Positions 59,845 to 64,000 of a DNA stretch of 64,000 nt are shown in pieces. The notes beneath the pieces are model-generated. The model was not told the origin of the DNA. It was given only the letters and a program-made list of their open reading frames with translations, and did no database searches. The translations under genes were made by a program, and so were the position numbers. This DNA is from Leeuwenhoekiella sp. (GTDB taxonomy: Bacteria > Bacteroidota > Bacteroidia > Flavobacteriales > Flavobacteriaceae), in NCBI GenBank assembly GCA_011050015.1, contig DRGP01000164.1, forward strand, positions 35,515-99,514, read 5' to 3'. Within the stretch, counting starts at the first letter, position 1. Every line of letters begins with the position of its first letter.

Positions 59845-61044
59845 CTATTCACTCAATTTAGGAGAAACCCTGCTCGCGGCAGCCTTTGACGCCAGAATCC
59901 CCAAAACGGAAATAGTGAGCAGTACCACGATACAATTCACAAAGGTAAGTTGCATGGGATAGGGGAGTTCTGGGGTGATCATCACCAGGTCAAATTGCAA
60001 TTGTCCTGCAACGATGATAAGACCTATAAGTAAGCCCAGCAAGCCACCAAAAAAGGTCATCATAGCTCCCTGTAGGAAAAAAACCTGTCTTATTTCTTTA
60101 TAATTGGCACCCAGACTGTGCAGGGTTTTGATGTTTTCACGTTTGTCGAGCACAATCATAATAATGCTTCCCACCAAGTTAAAAAGCGCGATGATAAGCA
60201 CTAAGGTAAAGATGAGATAAACGGCTAGATTTTCGGTATTCAACATCTTATAAAGCTTATCATTAAGCTGTATGCGCGTTTTTACCTGAATGTTTTCACC
60301 CAGAAGATCCTGAACCTTCTTTGCGGCCGCTTCTGGATCTACGCCGGGCACTAACTTTATTTCGAGGGAGCTCAGTTGATTTTCGTCATAATTCAATAGA
60401 CTACGCGCAAAATGGATGGAAGTAAAGACATAATTATCATCCAGTTCTTCGTTGACCTGATACAAGCCCGAGACCAAAACCTTTGAACTGCTAAAAGCCT
60501 GCGAAGGGTTTGTAATCTGGCCGGTTCCCGGTTTGGGCACCATTATTTGCAGGAGATCGTTAAAGTTGTTGATACCCACAGACAAAATACGGTTAATACC
60601 AATCCCTATAACCGCGACGGGTTCATCGGCACTGATCCAACTGCCAAAAATAAGCGTGCTGTCTACATTATTTACTTTGGGATAATTGGCATCCACACCT
60701 TTAATATAAGCAACGTGATTTTTTCCCTTAAATTCCAAAAAAGCACGTTCTTCAACGATTTTTGAAAATTGAGCCACCCCGGGAAGGCTGTCCAGTTTTT
60801 GGGCTTCCGCAGAAGAAAATAAAAAGGTTTTTCCTGTTACTGGAAGTACTTTAAGGTCGGGGTCAAAAACCGAAGAAAAGGAAAGACTGAACTCTTTAAG
60901 TCCGGAAAATCCCGAAAGCACAATAAAAAGCGCGGCAGATCCTGCGATAATGCTGAGTGCAGAAATAATCGTGATGATGTTTATAGCATTGTTGCTACTG
61001 CGGGAAAACAAATACCTTTTGGCTATAAACAGGGAGAATTTCAA
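59845..61044 (-). CDS. ABC transporter permease, LolC/E (FtsX/MacB) family
   Basis: FIAKRYL, one TM + periplasmic domain + three TM, IALFNL, TLHSLGA; TTG start. Confidence 0.9.
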   Translation of the reverse strand: MKFSLFIAKRYLFSRSSNNAINIITIISALSIIAGSAALFIVLSGFSGLKEFSLSFSSVFDPDLKVLPVTGKTFLFSSAEAQKLDSLPGVAQFSKIVEERAFLEFKGKNHVAYIKGVDANYPKVNNVDSTLIFGSWISADEPVAVIGIGINRILSVGINNFNDLLQIMVPKPGTGQITNPSQAFSSSKVLVSGLYQVNEELDDNYVFTSIHFARSLLNYDENQLSSLEIKLVPGVDPEAAAKKVQDLLGENIQVKTRIQLNDKLYKMLNTENLAVYLIFTLVLIIALFNLVGSIIMIVLDKRENIKTLHSLGANYKEIRQVFFLQGAMMTFFGGLLGLLIGLIIVAGQLQFDLVMITPELPYPMQLTFVNCIVVLLTISVLGILASKAAASRVSPKLSE

Positions 61045-61054
61045 AATCTGGCGT

Positions 61055-61447
61055 TTACGATTTTTTGCGGCGGGGCAGCAGCTCCGGGTTTTCTATAGGA
61101 TCGTCACCACCTTTAAGTGACTTGTCAATACCGTCAATGTATTCCAGCGAATCGTCTATAAAAAAATGAAGTTCGGGCATACGCCGCAATTGGTGGCGTG
61201 TACGCTGGGCGATCTCATGTTTAATAAAGGGTTTAAGTTCTTTAAGTTCCGCCAGCACTTCGGCGGCCCTTTTATTGGGAAATACGCTCACATGCACTTT
61301 GGCCTGTGAGAGATCTGTGGTCACGCTCACCTTACTTACCGAGATGATCATATCTTTAACACCGGCTTCCAGCATGGCTTTTTGCAACACATCCACCAGG
61401 TCTTTTTGCAGTACGCCGGCTACTTTTTTCTGTCTATTTGTTTCCAT
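61055..61447 (-). CDS. rbfA: Ribosome-binding factor A
   Basis: METNRQKKV, VTTDLSQAKV, LRRMPELHFFIDDS. Confidence 0.96.
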   Translation of the reverse strand: METNRQKKVAGVLQKDLVDVLQKAMLEAGVKDMIISVSKVSVTTDLSQAKVHVSVFPNKRAAEVLAELKELKPFIKHEIAQRTRHQLRRMPELHFFIDDSLEYIDGIDKSLKGGDDPIENPELLPRRKKS

Positions 61448-61589
61448 AGGGCAAAAATACGGTTTTAAAATGGAGGTATTTAGCCTAAAATAGGCAGAAA
61501 CAGGTGCAAAATCGACTGAAAACCTATATTTTTTATAAAGACGTAATGCACTATTTAAATTTCGATTAAATTCGATCAAAAATCAACGA

Positions 61590-62015
61590 GTGGAAAAAAT
61601 AGATCATATAGGCATAGCCGTAAAAAGTCTGGAGCAGGGAAATCTGTTTTATAAAAAGCTGCTGGGCAAGGCGCATTATAAAATAGAGGCTGTAGAAAAT
61701 GAGGGCGTAAACACCTCTTTCTTCAAGGTAGGAGAAAGCAAAGTAGAACTGCTTGAAGATACTACCGGTGAAAGCGCTATCGCAAAATTTTTAAAGAAAA
61801 ACGGCGAAGGCTTGCACCATATTGCCTATGCGGTAGATGATATAAAAGGGGAAATAAACCGTCTAAAAGAGGAAGGATTCACACTAATAGATGAGGAGCC
61901 CAGACGTGGTGCAGACAATAAATGGGTGGCTTTTGTACACCCTAAAAGTGCTGGGGGAATACTCATAGAACTTTGCCAGGATGTGCTCACCCCCGATATG
62001 CCAGAACGGGATTAG
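61590..62015 (+). CDS. mce: Methylmalonyl-CoA epimerase
   Basis: IDHIGIAV, VELLE, GEGLHHIAY, FVHPKS, LIELCQ; GTG start. Confidence 0.93.
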   Translation: MEKIDHIGIAVKSLEQGNLFYKKLLGKAHYKIEAVENEGVNTSFFKVGESKVELLEDTTGESAIAKFLKKNGEGLHHIAYAVDDIKGEINRLKEEGFTLIDEEPRRGADNKWVAFVHPKSAGGILIELCQDVLTPDMPERD

Positions 62016-62101
62016 GAAGTATGCGAATAATTATTTGCGCCCTTAAAAAAATAGGCTTATTTTTGCGCCCGCAATGTTTGTGAATTAAATAAACAGATGC
62101 C

Positions 62102-62175
62102 GGTCCTATAGCTCAGTTGGTTAGAGCACCTGACTCATAATCAGGTGGTCCCTGGTTCGAGCCCAGGTGGGACCA
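62102..62175 (+). tRNA. tRNA with CAT anticodon, most likely tRNA-Ile2 (lysidine)
   Basis: GGTCCTA/TGGGACC acceptor stem with C4-G69 and C5-G68 (TilS determinants); no C1 mismatch or 3 G-C anticodon-stem pairs of initiator tRNA; promoter TTTG-n20-TATTTTTG at 62034-62065. Confidence 0.9.
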
Positions 62176-62189
62176 CAGCATTTTTATAA

Positions 62190-62217
62190 GCCCTCCGCTC
62201 AAACGGAGGGTTTTTTT
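62190..62217 (+). terminator. Terminator after the tRNA
   Basis: CCCTCCG-CTCAAA-CGGAGGG followed by TTTTTTT. Confidence 0.88.
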
Positions 62218-62280
62218 ATGAAAGCTAAAGTCAAACAAATAGCCAAACCATTGTAAGTTGAAATCAATTTTTTTAAAACA

Positions 62281-62311
62281 AAAAAGCCAAATGCAATAAA
62301 CATTTGGCTTT
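62281..62311 (-). terminator. Terminator of the EF-hand gene
   Basis: AAAGCCAAATG-CAATAAA-CATTTGGCTTT with an upstream A-run. Confidence 0.8.
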
Positions 62312-62333
62312 GAGGGTGCTTTGAAGCGGTAGA

Positions 62334-62696
62334 TTAATAATCCATGCTATCCACTTCTTTTTTCATTTTCATTTTTTCGTCTTTCATGCCTTTCATCATG
62401 TCTTTTTTCATATTCTTGTGATAGGCTTTGAGTTCTTTCATGCTTATCATGCCATCTTTAGAAGTATCGGCCATGTCAAATTTATCAGCAAGCATGGCGC
62501 CTTCTTCAATATCTGTTTCATCTTTGCTGATCATTTTATCTCCATTTTGATCTAATTTCATCATCATTGCTTTAGGAGTCATAGCTTTTTGATCTTTTTG
62601 CATATTTTGATCATCCATCGTGGTTTGTGCCATTGCACCAGAACCTATAAGCATAAAACCCAGTACTGCGAACGTACTTAATATTTTAGTTTTCAT
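62334..62696 (-). CDS. Secreted Met/Lys-rich EF-hand protein
   Basis: Signal peptide ending AMA; EF loops DQNGDKMISKDE and DTSKDGMISMKE; start ATG 62696. Confidence 0.85.
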   Translation of the reverse strand: MKTKILSTFAVLGFMLIGSGAMAQTTMDDQNMQKDQKAMTPKAMMMKLDQNGDKMISKDETDIEEGAMLADKFDMADTSKDGMISMKELKAYHKNMKKDMMKGMKDEKMKMKKEVDSMDY

Positions 62697-62866
62697 AATA
62701 GTATATCTTTTAGTTATTAAATTCATACTAAATTTACTACTAATAATATCGTGTTAGTTCAAAAGCATTCCTAAATTTTCCTTACATTTTAGCCAATAAA
62801 CAACTGATTATAAGGGTTTTTGACGTTAAAATCCGAAATTTATCGTTTTCCGGTATATGAACACTT

Positions 62867-64000
62867 TTAACTCACAAACGCGCTGTATCCTGTAATTGCA
62901 CGTCCTACAATGAGCGAATTGATTTCCTTGGTCCCTTCGTAAGAATAAATCGCTTCGGCATCGGCTACAAAACGCGCTACGTCGTATTCAAGTAGAATAC
63001 CATTGCCGCCCATCACCTCGCGGGCTCGGCTTACCACGTCACGGGTACGCATAGAGCAGAATACTTTGGCCAGGGAGGCGTGTTCATCCGTTAGAATATC
63101 GCCGTCCTGCATTTCCGAAAGACGGAAACACAACGTTTGCATGGCCGTAAGGTTAGAAACCATTTCCACCAAGTGGTTTTGAATTAATTGAAAACTTGCG
63201 ATGGGCCGGCCAAATTGCTCCCTTTTCTTGGTATATTTTAGTGCAGCTTCATAGGCACCGCGAGCACATCCTACGGCTTGCCATGCAACTCCGGCGCGTG
63301 TCATGCGCAATACTTTTGCGGTGTCTTTAAACGAATTTGCATGTTGCAACCGGTCAGCTTCGGGAATGCGGCAATCGGTCATCGTGATCAGTGCGTTCTG
63401 TACGGTACGCAAAGCCATTTTGTTCTGCATCTTTTCAGCTTTAAAGCCGGGATTTTCTTTGCGTACGATAAATCCCTTCACACGGTCAGAATCCAGATCA
63501 CGTGCCCAGATTATGGTGATGTCAGAGAACGTGGCATTTCCTATCCATTTTTTCTGACCGTTGAGCACCCATTCGTCTCCCTCTCTTTTGCAAGTTGTCC
63601 CCAATCCGCCGGCCACGCCAGATCCCACTTCGGGTTCGGTAAGGCCAAAAGCACCAATCTTCTCAAATTTTTGCATTTTGGGCAACCATTCCTGCTTTTG
63701 TTCTTCACTTCCACAGAGATAAATAGAGCCCATGGCCAAGCCGCTGTGCACGCCAAAAAATGTGGAAATGGAGACATCTACGCGCGCAAGTTCCATAGCC
63801 AGAATACCTTCCATCATAAACGATTGATCTGGGCAACCGTAGCCTTTATAAGCGATACCGCATACATTGAGTTCGGCCATTTTTGGGATGATCTGGTGCG
63901 GAAATTCAGCTTTGTTCCAGTATTCATTTGCAATGGGCTTAACTTCATCTTCCATAAAATTGCGCATTTTCATCTGTATTTCGCGCTCTTCTTTAGTCAA
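62867..64000 (-). CDS. Acyl-CoA dehydrogenase (glutaryl-CoA DH-like), 5' end outside the window
   Basis: GAFGLTEP, LNGQKKWIGN, REQFGRPIASFQ, MGGNG, YEGT. Confidence 0.94.
   Translation of the reverse strand: MTKEEREIQMKMRNFMEDEVKPIANEYWNKAEFPHQIIPKMAELNVCGIAYKGYGCPDQSFMMEGILAMELARVDVSISTFFGVHSGLAMGSIYLCGSEEQKQEWLPKMQKFEKIGAFGLTEPEVGSGVAGGLGTTCKREGDEWVLNGQKKWIGNATFSDITIIWARDLDSDRVKGFIVRKENPGFKAEKMQNKMALRTVQNALITMTDCRIPEADRLQHANSFKDTAKVLRMTRAGVAWQAVGCARGAYEAALKYTKKREQFGRPIASFQLIQNHLVEMVSNLTAMQTLCFRLSEMQDGDILTDEHASLAKVFCSMRTRDVVSRAREVMGGNGILLEYDVARFVADAEAIYSYEGTKEINSLIVGRAITGYSAFVS

Noticed and set aside
2707-61579. Long N-terminal extensions in the ORF track for tdk, xth, glyQS, csp, SCO, rbfA and mntR
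   Set aside because: Extensions lie outside the family N-terminus and mostly run through the gene's own TAnnTTTG promoter; downstream ATGs were used
62102-62175. tRNA-Met assignment from the CAT anticodon
   Set aside because: Lacks initiator features, and the acceptor stem carries Ile2/TilS determinants; elongator Met not fully excluded
394-63777. Numerous 60-230 aa ORFs antisense or out of frame within recognised genes (e.g. 6760-7461, 24907-25398, 59022-59630)
   Set aside because: Shadow frames of well-supported genes, with no motifs or signals of their own

Overview
This is a 64-kb stretch of a Bacteroidota chromosome, very probably Flavobacteriaceae. The evidence is TAnnTTTG promoters, T9SS cargo proteins, alpha2-type GlyRS and a bacilliredoxin. 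Most of it is core housekeeping (mscL, alr, tdk, rsmI, xth, glyQS, comF, rseP, rbfA, mce, tRNA-Asn, tRNA-Ile2). It has two metal-uptake loci. One is a siderophore-type TonB receptor plus a PepSY protein under Fur-like boxes. The other is a CxxC-plug TonB receptor plus a thioredoxin, divergent from mntR-mntH-ZIP and facing feoAB/SCO. There are also two large T9SS substrates, a 1145-aa uncharacterised beta-barrel with a SprA-like segment, and a small accessory region after tRNA-Asn. Features missed by the ORF track include three damaged or atypical AT-rich toxin-antitoxin-like modules: a ParE remnant, an MNT-HEPN pair with a nonsense codon in the toxin, and a DUF6934-like gene with an unannotated 53-aa partner, which is the best candidate for an uncharacterised system. 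The track also missed a FeoB-associated Cys-rich peptide, several probable non-ATG starts, a possible -1 frameshift at the PepSY 5' end, three REP-like repeat types and several operator palindromes. No CRISPR array, integrase, transposase or rRNA was seen. Family assignments come from motif recognition by eye, not database searches.
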